Shown piece by piece: positions 37,592-46,272 of a DNA stretch of 55,456 nt. A program made the translations under genes and the position numbers. Source of the DNA: Firmicutes bacterium UBA4981 (GTDB taxonomy: Bacteria > Bacillota > SHA-98 > UBA4971); the NCBI GenBank assembly GCA_002398515.1, contig DGZL01000166.1, forward strand, positions 12,885 through 68,340, in the 5' to 3' direction. Each line of letters starts with the position of its first letter. Position 1 is the stretch's first letter. The notes beneath the pieces were generated by a model. It had not been told where the DNA came from. It was given only the letters and a program-made list of their open reading frames with translations, and made no database searches.

Positions 37592-38380
37592 TCAGAGTGT
37601 ATGGCTTGCTTTCAGTTGAGTGATTAAGTTCCTGGCTTTCTCACATGCGGAATTTCCCTCTATGATTTCGCCTCCCGGCCTGATTTCCGGTGAGAAAATC
37701 CGCGCAACTTGTGTAGGTGAACCTGATAATCCCAGCATCAGTTCATCTGCTTCAAGATCCCTGGCAGTCCATGTGATAACTTGGGCTTTTCTTGCTCTTA
37801 GCGTGCCTTTAATAGACGGCATCCTCGGTTCGCCGATTTCCTTTACTACGGTTATGAGAGCAGGAAGAGATGACAAGATGACGTCATAGCCCTCTTCAAT
37901 CATGCGGCGGACACGTATATGCCGGTTTGAGATTTCTTCAACTTTGCTTACATAGGTAACATGGGGAATATCCAGATGTTCTGCGACCCCTGGGCCGACC
38001 TGGGCCGTATCCCCGTCTATCGCTTGTTTCCCGCAGATCACCAGGTCAAACTCGCCGAGTTTCAGAATAGCTTTTGCCAACGTATATGAAGTAGCAAGCG
38101 TGTCTGCGCCTGCGAAGGCCTTGTCAGATAGAAGGATGGCCTCATCCGCGCCAAGAGCCAGGGTTTCACGGAGCGCAGCCTCTGCTTGCGGAGGGCCCAT
38201 AGAGATGCACGTGACTCGTCCGCCGTGTTCATCTCGTATTCGTAGGGCTTGCTCCACGGCGTACATGTCGAAGGGGTTTACGATAGACGACACCCCTTCC
38301 CGAATCAATGTGTTGGTTTTGCGGTCTATCCTGACATCCGTGGTTTCGGGAACCTGTTTCACGAGGACTGCCAAATTCAT
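37592..38380 (-). CDS. etfB: Electron transfer flavoprotein beta subunit
   Basis: MNLAVLVKQVPE..., VNPFDMYAVEQAL, GKQAIDGDTAQVGPGVAEHL. ATGA overlap with the upstream dehydrogenase gene. Confidence 0.9.
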   Translation of the reverse strand: MNLAVLVKQVPETTDVRIDRKTNTLIREGVSSIVNPFDMYAVEQALRIRDEHGGRVTCISMGPPQAEAALRETLALGADEAILLSDKAFAGADTLATSYTLAKAILKLGEFDLVICGKQAIDGDTAQVGPGVAEHLDIPHVTYVSKVEEISNRHIRVRRMIEEGYDVILSSLPALITVVKEIGEPRMPSIKGTLRARKAQVITWTARDLEADELMLGLSGSPTQVARIFSPEIRPGGEIIEGNSACEKARNLITQLKASHTL

Positions 38381-39534
38381 TTACGTCTCAAGGCCTCCTT
38401 GATGACAGCGCCGCCTATGATGGACCGCTGAATTTGGTTTGTTCCTTCGTATATCTGCGTGATTTTCGCATCACGCATCATTTTCTCAACAGGATAGTCA
38501 CGCATGTAACCGTAACCGCCGAATATCTGCACAGCGTCACAAGTGACTTTCATGGCTATATCTGAAGCGAACAACTTTGCCATAGCTGAAGCCTTAGTAA
38601 TATGGCGTTCACCGGAATCTATCATCCAGGCCACATTGTAGACTAGGGAGCGAGCTGCCTCGATTTGGGTGGCCATATCAGCTAGCATATGTTCGATAGC
38701 TTGGAATTCTCCGATTCTCTTTCCGAATTGAACGCGCGTTGAAGCATACTCGGCTGCCTTATCCAGTGCACCCTGAGCAATCCCAACAGCCTGAGCAGCT
38801 ACCCCCGGACGTGTTTTGTCAAGAGTGCGCATTGCAACTAAGAAGCCCTTGCCTTCTTTGTCCAGAAGGTTTTCAACCGGGACTTTACAGTCTTTGAATA
38901 TCAGCTCAGTTGTGGAGGAGGACCTGATGCCCATCTTCTTTTCCTTTTTTCCGAAGTCAAACCCTGGAGTTCCCTTTTCAACAATGAAAGCCGTCATTCC
39001 CCTGTGGCCTTTTTCAGGATCCATCGTTGCGATAACGACATATACGTCCGCTTCGCCGCCGTTGGTTATCCACTGTTTGGTACCATTTAGTACATAGTGT
39101 TCTCCGTCGCGGGTGGCTGTGGTCCGTATATTGCCTGCATCAGACCCGGCATCGGGTTCTGTAAGAGCGAACGCTGCCAGTTTCGAACCGGACGCTATTT
39201 CAGGCATGAACCTTTGCTTTTGCTCTTCTGTCCCGAACATGAGAATAGGAAATCCTCCAAGTGCGCTGGCTGCGTACGATACTGCCACTCCTGCGCAAGC
39301 CCGGGACAACTCTTCCACTACAAGGCATTGCTCGAACACACCGCCGCCAAGGCCTCCGTATTCTTCCGGGACCCATACTGCGAATAAGTCTGAATCTGCT
39401 AGGATACGAATGAGATTCCACGGGAACTCTTCACTTTCATCAAACTCGGCTGCCCGCGGCGCGATTTTTTCGTCTGCGATCTTTGCCGAAAGCTCCTTGA
39501 TGATCTCCTGCTCCTCAGTGAGAAAGTAGTTCAC
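38377..39534 (-). CDS. Acyl-CoA dehydrogenase (butyryl-CoA dehydrogenase-like)
   Basis: LTEEQEIIKEL N-terminus, FALTEPDAGSD, C-terminal QIFGGYGYMRDYPVEKMMRDAKITQIYEGTNQIQR. GTG 39534 lies 6 nt after GAGGGGGAA. Confidence 0.9.
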   Translation of the reverse strand: MNYFLTEEQEIIKELSAKIADEKIAPRAAEFDESEEFPWNLIRILADSDLFAVWVPEEYGGLGGGVFEQCLVVEELSRACAGVAVSYAASALGGFPILMFGTEEQKQRFMPEIASGSKLAAFALTEPDAGSDAGNIRTTATRDGEHYVLNGTKQWITNGGEADVYVVIATMDPEKGHRGMTAFIVEKGTPGFDFGKKEKKMGIRSSSTTELIFKDCKVPVENLLDKEGKGFLVAMRTLDKTRPGVAAQAVGIAQGALDKAAEYASTRVQFGKRIGEFQAIEHMLADMATQIEAARSLVYNVAWMIDSGERHITKASAMAKLFASDIAMKVTCDAVQIFGGYGYMRDYPVEKMMRDAKITQIYEGTNQIQRSIIGGAVIKEALRRK

Positions 39535-39597
39535 TTCGCGTTCCCCCTCTCTGCAGGAACCAATTAGCACCTGCTCATAATATGAGCTACTAATCGC

Positions 39598-39626
39598 AGT
39601 TTAACATTGGGCTTAGGGGCTGTCAA
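39598..39626 (-). promoter_or_regulatory. Candidate sigma-A promoter of the acd-etfBA operon
   Basis: The minus strand reads TTGACA-17 nt-TAAACT, about 65 nt upstream of the GTG start. Confidence 0.5.
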
Positions 39627-39643
39627 GGAGACGAATTGCCTCC

Positions 39644-39665
39644 TCAAACAAGTACTCGCAATTGA
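39644..39665. repeat. Left copy of a 22-bp imperfect direct repeat bracketing the AT-rich island
   Basis: TCAAACAAGTACTCGCAATTGA compared with TCAAAAAGGTACTCGAAATTGA at 46119-46140. 19 of 22 positions are identical, including a 13/14 core. Confidence 0.7.
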
Positions 39666-39777
39666 TTTGTTGCCTCATATCAAGAATGTACCTGAAGGAA
39701 GTGAGTGGAAAATACCCAAGACCCAGTATTTGTGATCAACTCTATATCACCCATCTGACACATCTAGTCTAAAGAAA

Positions 39778-39805
39778 CGCCCTTTTGCTTTGAGCGAAAA
39801 GGGCG
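39778..39805 (-). terminator. Intrinsic terminator downstream of the LacI-family gene
   Basis: CGCCCTTTT / AAAAGGGCG stem. On the minus strand it is followed by TTTCTTT. Confidence 0.65.
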
Positions 39806-39824
39806 AACAAGATAGTCTATCTTT

Positions 39825-40802
39825 TCATGTGGTTTCTCTTTCTTGTAGAGTGACAGGGAGAATATTCTCTACAGTGACCTTCTCTTTATTCATCTGCTTA
39901 ATCAATATCTCCATTGCTAACTTACTCATCATTTCAATCGGTTGTCTTATTGTAGTAATTTGAGGAGTAACTAACGATGCAATACTAATATCATCATAAC
40001 CAACAATTCGCACCTCATCCGGTATAGCCTTTTTTAGTTGATAGCAGATTTTGATGGCACTAGCTGCGATTAGATCACTACTAGCAAAAATACCATCTAG
40101 ATTAGGATGTTCACTAAATAAGTCCAATATTAGACGTTCATACTGTTTGGTCTCAAAGACATTAATGTCTGTTTGCACAGTATGAAACTTGATACCCCGC
40201 TCTTGTGCAGTAGCTACAAAGGCTTCGCTACGTTTATTAGCCAAGAGATCTAAGCTAAGATTACCACAGATATGGGCTATTTGCTTACATCCCTTGTCAA
40301 TCAATAGGTTAGTCGCCAGTTTACCTCCTTGGTAGTTATTGGAAGATACATAGGGAATCTTCTCTTTGATCCTCCGATCAAAGGTAACAATAGGTAAATT
40401 GACTTTAGAATACTCATCTACGTCTATGGTGTGACTAGCCATAATAATCCCATCAACCTGGTGCCTCTTAAGCATCTCAATGTATTCTATTTCCTTTTCC
40501 CGCTCAAGTTGAGAATTGCAAAGCAATATTTTATAGCCTTCACTATGAGCGTCCTCTTCAATATAAGCAGATAACTCTCCAAAAAAAGGATGTGAGACAG
40601 TAGGGATAATTAACCCAATCAGATTAGACTTCCCGCGAAATAAGGATCGGGCAAGCTCATTAGGCTGATAATCTAATTCTTTCATGACTCTATATACTTT
40701 TTTTCTAGTAGCTTCACTAATGTATCCACGATTATTAAGAACTCGGGAGACAGTAGTAACTGTGACTCCTGCTTTTTCTGCTACATCTTTGATTGTCGGC
40801 AT
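39825..40802 (-). CDS. LacI-family transcriptional regulator (sucrose/fructan operon repressor-like)
   Basis: N-terminal HTH IKDVAEKAGVTVTTVSRVLNNRGYIS..., plus a periplasmic-binding-protein-like sugar domain. Confidence 0.88.
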   Translation of the reverse strand: MPTIKDVAEKAGVTVTTVSRVLNNRGYISEATRKKVYRVMKELDYQPNELARSLFRGKSNLIGLIIPTVSHPFFGELSAYIEEDAHSEGYKILLCNSQLEREKEIEYIEMLKRHQVDGIIMASHTIDVDEYSKVNLPIVTFDRRIKEKIPYVSSNNYQGGKLATNLLIDKGCKQIAHICGNLSLDLLANKRSEAFVATAQERGIKFHTVQTDINVFETKQYERLILDLFSEHPNLDGIFASSDLIAASAIKICYQLKKAIPDEVRIVGYDDISIASLVTPQITTIRQPIEMMSKLAMEILIKQMNKEKVTVENILPVTLQERETT

Positions 40803-40859
40803 TTATCTCCTCCTGCTGTGCAAAACTCTCCAATCTCATTGACAATATCAGCACATCCA

Positions 40860-42326
40860 TCAATCAGTCACTTGTAGATCCCACTTTTCTAGGCTCTCTA
40901 CAATGCATTCTCCCTTAGCGAATAGTTTTATTCCTATCGCATCTTGCCTGGGGTAAATCCGACCAGTCATTACTTTTTCACCTTCGTTAATGAAGATCTC
41001 AACAGAACTTCTATCCACAAAAATCCTTAGTTTCAACTTACCACTAATTAATGAGATTCCAGTTCTTCTTTCTCCTTGTGGTTCAAGGCCTGACTGATCG
41101 CGATTAAATCTTAATACTTGTTCCGCTGAGTCATACGAAATTACTGTCTCTTCCTTGGTACTGACCCGTACTTTTAAGCCAAATTCCTCCGCTTCCCGTG
41201 CGACAAAAGAAACTTGTAATTCATAACAATCACCTTTGGTCTCTAATACCTTTTCTCCGCAAAACGTAAAGTCACGCAAGGTAAATCGCTCTTGCCTATA
41301 TGTTTCGATTTCTCTCACCGGTTTGAAGTATAACCTTCCTTCTTTTGAAATAATTTCTCTAGGAAGTGTCATCGCCCCTGCCCAGTTATGCCCCAAAGTT
41401 TGCGTGGTTTCTGCTGTACCCCACATATTCATCCATGCAATCAAGATTCTTCTCCCTTGTTTATCCAAGAGTGTTTGAGGAGCATAGAAATCAAAACCAT
41501 GATCTAATGGATAAGATTCAGTAGCATTAAATGTTCCGTTTCCAAAATTCATCTGACCTACAAAGTATAGAGACGAATGAAGATTTTGAAAGTCGTTTCC
41601 CCGCGCCTGCATAAGCTGAGGACAAACCAAGAGATAATCATGGTTTTCCAAGTGGAAAAAATCAGGGCATTCCCAGGTATTGCCCATATTACCATCACTT
41701 CTTGCCGCAACACTCACGAATTGCCAATTTAATAAATCCTTTGTTTTATACAGCAACACTTGCCCATTTCCTAACCTGTCTTCTGACCCGATAAAAGCGT
41801 AGTAATATTCGTCAAGCTGTATTAGTCTGGGGTCGCGAAAATCTCGTTTATTGGCTTCATCTGGTATTAGATCGACCCCAATGACTGGATTGCTCTTAAT
41901 CTTCTTAAAAACCCTGCCATCCTCAGAATAAGCCAGACATTGAGTTTGGCGATAATCGTTTTTTTTGTTAGGACCAGTAAGAGCAAAACCTGTATACATA
42001 AGATATAATTTGTTTCTTATCTCCAAAGCACTACCAGAAAAACACCCGTCCTGATCATACGGACAGTCTGGCGCCAAGGCAATTGGCAAATAGCGCCACT
42101 TAACCAAATCTTTACTCACAGCATGCCCCCAATGCATCCTTCCCCATACTGGTTCATAGGGGTTATGCTGATGAAACAGATGATACTCCCCACCAAACTG
42201 AGTAAATCCATTGGGGTCATTAATCCAACCGTACTCGCCCATAAAATGATAGTTTAATCGATATTCAGGATTAACCTTTTCTTTGTTTTCCAGAACGAAC
42301 CTATTCGCTTTATCGATTTGCTCCAT
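40860..42326 (-). CDS. Glycoside hydrolase family 32 (sucrose-6-phosphate hydrolase / beta-fructofuranosidase)
   Basis: GWINDPNGF, FRDPRL and WECPDFF catalytic motifs. No signal peptide. Confidence 0.9.
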   Translation of the reverse strand: MEQIDKANRFVLENKEKVNPEYRLNYHFMGEYGWINDPNGFTQFGGEYHLFHQHNPYEPVWGRMHWGHAVSKDLVKWRYLPIALAPDCPYDQDGCFSGSALEIRNKLYLMYTGFALTGPNKKNDYRQTQCLAYSEDGRVFKKIKSNPVIGVDLIPDEANKRDFRDPRLIQLDEYYYAFIGSEDRLGNGQVLLYKTKDLLNWQFVSVAARSDGNMGNTWECPDFFHLENHDYLLVCPQLMQARGNDFQNLHSSLYFVGQMNFGNGTFNATESYPLDHGFDFYAPQTLLDKQGRRILIAWMNMWGTAETTQTLGHNWAGAMTLPREIISKEGRLYFKPVREIETYRQERFTLRDFTFCGEKVLETKGDCYELQVSFVAREAEEFGLKVRVSTKEETVISYDSAEQVLRFNRDQSGLEPQGERRTGISLISGKLKLRIFVDRSSVEIFINEGEKVMTGRIYPRQDAIGIKLFAKGECIVESLEKWDLQVTD

Positions 42327-42798
42327 TATTTAAGACACCCACATTCGTGTTGCAATAAACAAATCACTGTTTGTTGCAAATACTCATTCATCGTTTTCGC
42401 AGAATCCTTTTGCAGCATCCCGCAGGGAATTTGCGTATGAGTTTTCATGAGTAAATTCTTGATCCCATAACTCGGGCCGTCGAAGAGCAGAAGGTAGCTG
42501 TGATGGACCAGATGGTCAATCATGGCGGCAGTCATCTACTCATCGTGGAAAATGTTTACCCATTTGCTGAACTCCAATTCATGCTCTCTTGCTCGTAATT
42601 ACCGTAAAGTCTCAAATGCCGTCTGATCTCGCGACAGTTTTCATCGAGGACGGTGACCTCATGCGCTGTCAATCTCGCAAACAGTTGACTATTGGTGCAA
42701 CGAGGCGTTGCTTTGAGTAATGAGGCCTTAACATGTCCTGATCGCACTGCTCCAAGAGATGCAAGTTTGCGATTTCCGGTAATCCCCCAATTCTGCAA
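42326..42798 (-). mobile_element. Degenerate IS21-family remnant (IstB C-terminal fragment with an in-frame TAG, plus an upstream fragment possibly IstA-derived)
   Basis: The minus strand reads ELEFSKWVNIFHDE*MTAAMIDHLVHHSYLLLFDGPSYGIKN, which matches the conserved C-terminus of IstB helper ATPases. The preceding frame (RLTAHEVTVLDENCREIRRHLRLYG) resembles an IstA C-terminal stretch. No Walker motifs or DDE region remain. Confidence 0.6.
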
Positions 42799-42841
42799 TC
42801 CCCGGCAGTTTTACATTACGACAAACACAAATCACTTGAAA

Positions 42842-43693
42842 TCACTTGATAGCTCCCTGCATTATTCCGCTTATTATATGCTTTTGCATCAAAATGAAGA
42901 AAACAATCACAGGGATAATAGTTAATAACAAACCAGCCATTAATAAGCCATAATCTGCAGTGTAAGTGCCATGAAAATAAAAAGTTGATAAAGGCAAGGT
43001 TCTATTTGCCTTAGAAATCAGGACCAAAGAAGGGAGAAGAAAATCATTCCAGATCCAAAGTACATTTAGGATTATAAGAGTTAATGTAGTCGGCCTTAAG
43101 AGAGGAAATACTATATTGAAGAAGGTCTGTACCCTTGTGCACCCATCTATCATGGCGGCTTCTTCTAATTCCATTGGAATACTCTTAATAAATCCATGAT
43201 AGACAAAGACGGAAAGGGAAGAACCAAAACCCATATACATATAAATCAAAATCCATTTATTGTCTAGCAACTTCAAATTTGCCCCATAAATTCGTACTAA
43301 CGGAATCATGATTGACTGAAACGGAATGAGCATAGAGGTTACCATCATGAAAAACAAGAACCTATTAATTTTCCATTTAAACCTGACAAAAAAGTAAGCT
43401 GTCATCGAAGAAAATAAGGCAATGATTAATACGCTAATAGAGGTAATAATTAACGAATTAATGAAGGCATCCAAATAATTCATTTGTCTAAATGCATTAA
43501 CAAAGTTGGACACATTCGTTTTACTAATAAATCCTAGAGGATTGGAGATGATTTCTGTTCTGTTTTTGAATGAGTTTATGATCACCAGATAGAAAGGGCA
43601 TAAGTATATAAGTAACAATATGCATAAAAAGCCGTACTTAAAATAGCCAAGAATACTCTTGTCTCTTGCTTTTGCTTTTCCGTATTTCATCAC
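42842..43693 (-). CDS. ABC sugar transporter permease (MalG-like)
   Basis: 283 aa. EAA loop EAAMIDGCTRVQTFFNIVFPLLRP. Confidence 0.88.
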   Translation of the reverse strand: MMKYGKAKARDKSILGYFKYGFLCILLLIYLCPFYLVIINSFKNRTEIISNPLGFISKTNVSNFVNAFRQMNYLDAFINSLIITSISVLIIALFSSMTAYFFVRFKWKINRFLFFMMVTSMLIPFQSIMIPLVRIYGANLKLLDNKWILIYMYMGFGSSLSVFVYHGFIKSIPMELEEAAMIDGCTRVQTFFNIVFPLLRPTTLTLIILNVLWIWNDFLLPSLVLISKANRTLPLSTFYFHGTYTADYGLLMAGLLLTIIPVIVFFILMQKHIISGIMQGAIK

Positions 43694-44574
43694 ATCTCCA
43701 CCTCCAACTTCTTACTAAAGTAAACCTGCGTAAGAGTTATCGCAGCTACCATTACAAAGAGGATAAATGCTTGAGATTGTCCTATTCCATATTCTTGAGC
43801 CAAGAATGCTTTTTTATAGACATGCATGGATATTAGCTCAGTACTTCTAAAGGGGCCTCCATTAGTAAGAGCCAAGTTAACATCATAAACCATGAAACCT
43901 CTCTGCAACGTCAAAAACATAGATACAACAAACGATGGTGCCATGAGTGGAAGAATAATTCTTATTATCCTTTGTCCGTCATTGGCACCATCTATGAGGG
44001 CAGCCTCTATTACTTCTTTGGGCATATTTACCAAACCTGCAATATGTATTAGCATCATATACCCTGAATACTGCCAAACGCTGACAATAACTAATGTCCA
44101 TAATGCTTTTTGTGGATTTGCTAGCCATGAATAAGAAAACAGTTCCAAGTTCAAACTCTTACCTAGAAAAACCAGAGCGCGCGAAAAAACAAAATGCCAG
44201 ATGAGCCCTAAGATTATCCCACCAATAAGATTAGGAACAAAAAAACCTGCTCGCAGAACTTTTTCCCCTTTAATACCACTAGTCAGTAAATAGGCTAGGG
44301 CAAAAGCAACAAGATTAACAAAAACGACGGTATACAAGACATATCTGACTGTAAGCAAAAATGAATTCCAAAAGAACTGATCTTGAAAGACCGTTAAGTA
44401 GTTGCTAAAACCAATAAAACGGTAGGCTGATGCTATTCCATCCCAGTTGGTCAAGGATAAATAAATACCAAAGATAAAAGGAAAAATAACAACAGATAAG
44501 AAGACAAAAGTAGTCGGTCCAGCAAAGATTAAGAATGTTCTTAATTTCTTAAGAAAGCTCTTTGCCGTATCCAT
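43690..44574 (-). CDS. ABC sugar transporter permease (MalF-like)
   Basis: 294 aa. EAALIDGANDGQRIIRIILPLMAP. ATGA-type overlap with the next permease gene. Confidence 0.88.
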   Translation of the reverse strand: MDTAKSFLKKLRTFLIFAGPTTFVFLSVVIFPFIFGIYLSLTNWDGIASAYRFIGFSNYLTVFQDQFFWNSFLLTVRYVLYTVVFVNLVAFALAYLLTSGIKGEKVLRAGFFVPNLIGGIILGLIWHFVFSRALVFLGKSLNLELFSYSWLANPQKALWTLVIVSVWQYSGYMMLIHIAGLVNMPKEVIEAALIDGANDGQRIIRIILPLMAPSFVVSMFLTLQRGFMVYDVNLALTNGGPFRSTELISMHVYKKAFLAQEYGIGQSQAFILFVMVAAITLTQVYFSKKLEVEM

Positions 44575-44651
44575 CTCTCTTAACTCCTCATATCATACTT
44601 CCGGCAGACGCTCGTTATCATAAGATTCTATTTGGAATCCAATAATTTATC

Positions 44652-44692
44652 AGGCATTAAATAACGGGCATGATGCCCGTTATTTAATGCCT
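44652..44692. repeat. 41-nt perfect palindrome (20-nt arms, 1 central nt) between the SBP and permease genes
   Basis: AGGCATTAAATAACGGGCAT-g-ATGCCCGTTATTTAATGCCT. Confidence 0.9.
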
Positions 44693-44705
44693 TTAGTCTA
44701 AAGTT

Positions 44706-45992
44706 TTACTGCAAATTACTCCAATATGCTTCAATTTCATCAGCTAGTCCATTTCTGTCAATAGCGCCAGCTAAATATTTCTGCATCGAAGCTCCTACTA
44801 CAGACCAGTGATCTGCTGGTAATTGAGTCATGAACTCTAGAGTTTTACCATTCATAACATATTCCAATATTGATTTAGCCAGGGGATCTTTAGGTTCTAC
44901 TGTAACGTTTTTGAAGGCTGGAATGACATTGGCTTGATTTACAACATATTCTTGACCTTTCTCATCATATACCAACCAGTTCAAGAAGTTCCTTGCCTCT
45001 TTCTGCTGTGCTTCAGTGCTCTGTTCTGCATCAACAATGAAATACTTGGTTACTCCTACCGGAATCTGAGAGTTGCCATAATCATCGGGGTTATTGCTGA
45101 TCGGAACCGGCAAGAAACCATATTGGCCATTAGCAGTATCAAACTCATTTATGTTTGGCCATGCCCAGTTACCCATAAACCAAATACCAACTTTACCTTC
45201 ACCTAATAGTTCTGGTCCCCTGTCATATGTTCCAGATAATGGATCGTTTTTGTCAACATTATATTTCTTCATTGTATCAAAGGTGTCCATTAAACCAATG
45301 AATTGTCTGTTTGCTGCTAGATTAGCTTTGCCGTCTCTAAGTTTTGAGAAAAACTCATCAATACCAGAAGAATTGGCGGACTGGGTTGTATAAGACACAG
45401 CCAAGAAATGTGCACCTAAAGACCAATCCATAGGTGAAATAACTAAAGCTCCTGTACCTGAGGATTCGATTTTTCTGAACAATGCTTCCAAGTCAGCGGT
45501 GGTCTTAATTGACATAGGATCAAACTTGCCACCCACCGCTTTGTCCACTACTTGTTTGTTGTAGATAAAACCATATGCTTCGACCGTAAAGGGAAACCCG
45601 ATTACTCTGCCATTAGGTAAGGTTGACCTGTCCAAACTTCTCTCAATTGCATCTCTTACCCATTGTTCTGCAGTAAGGTCTAAAGCTTTATCTTGGAATC
45701 TCACTACATCTGCAGGATCCAGCATAGCGATGGTAGGCGCATTACCTGCAGAATACATAGCCATAGTCCTCTCAAAAGGCGATTGCCCAACCGGACAAGG
45801 TACGATCTCTACTTTTACTCCAGAAGTTGCCCTGTTATAGTGCTCTGCAATCTCCTCCAATTGAGTTTGAATCTCACCTTTAGAATTAAGTACGGTTACA
45901 TGGACAGTTGTTTGAGCAAACCCCAGAGCGGATGAAAGAGAAAACATAAGCATTAAACAGAGTGCTAACGTTAGGAGTCTCGCTTTCTTCAT
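44706..45992 (-). CDS. ABC transporter sugar-binding protein (family 1), secreted
   Basis: 428 aa. Signal peptide MKKARLLTLALCLMLMFSLSSALGFA. RBS GAGGAGGAAGAAGC before the ATG. Confidence 0.85.
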   Translation of the reverse strand: MKKARLLTLALCLMLMFSLSSALGFAQTTVHVTVLNSKGEIQTQLEEIAEHYNRATSGVKVEIVPCPVGQSPFERTMAMYSAGNAPTIAMLDPADVVRFQDKALDLTAEQWVRDAIERSLDRSTLPNGRVIGFPFTVEAYGFIYNKQVVDKAVGGKFDPMSIKTTADLEALFRKIESSGTGALVISPMDWSLGAHFLAVSYTTQSANSSGIDEFFSKLRDGKANLAANRQFIGLMDTFDTMKKYNVDKNDPLSGTYDRGPELLGEGKVGIWFMGNWAWPNINEFDTANGQYGFLPVPISNNPDDYGNSQIPVGVTKYFIVDAEQSTEAQQKEARNFLNWLVYDEKGQEYVVNQANVIPAFKNVTVEPKDPLAKSILEYVMNGKTLEFMTQLPADHWSVVGASMQKYLAGAIDRNGLADEIEAYWSNLQ

Positions 45993-46047
45993 GCTTCTTC
46001 CTCCTCAACTCGTTTTTTTTTGGGGCGGCCGCTTCCCTTGGCCGTTG

Positions 46048-46095
46048 TTGAAACGGTTTATTACCATTATATAACTGCTTTGTAACATATGTCAA
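46048..46095 (-). promoter_or_regulatory. Consensus sigma-A promoter plus LacI-type half-palindromic operator for the island operon
   Basis: The minus strand reads TTGACA (46095-46090)-18 nt-TATAAT (46071-46066). ATAAAC-C-GTTTCAA (46061-46048) overlaps the predicted start site. Confidence 0.7.
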
Positions 46096-46118
46096 CGGCT
46101 TGACATATTATTGTCTCA

Positions 46119-46140
46119 TCAAAAAGGTACTCGAAATTGA
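46119..46140. repeat. Right copy of the 22-bp imperfect direct repeat bracketing the AT-rich island
   Basis: TCAAAAAGGTACTCGAAATTGA. See 39644-39665. Confidence 0.7.
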
Positions 46141-46272
46141 CTCGAGTTGGGTAACTGCTGCCTGTGATTTAGTATCATTAGCTGACATATTTGGAAGAGT
46201 TAATATTTGGATGTGGAGCACGTATAGTGAAGGCAAAGAAAGCAGAGCATCTAAGAAAAGGAAGATATCCTT

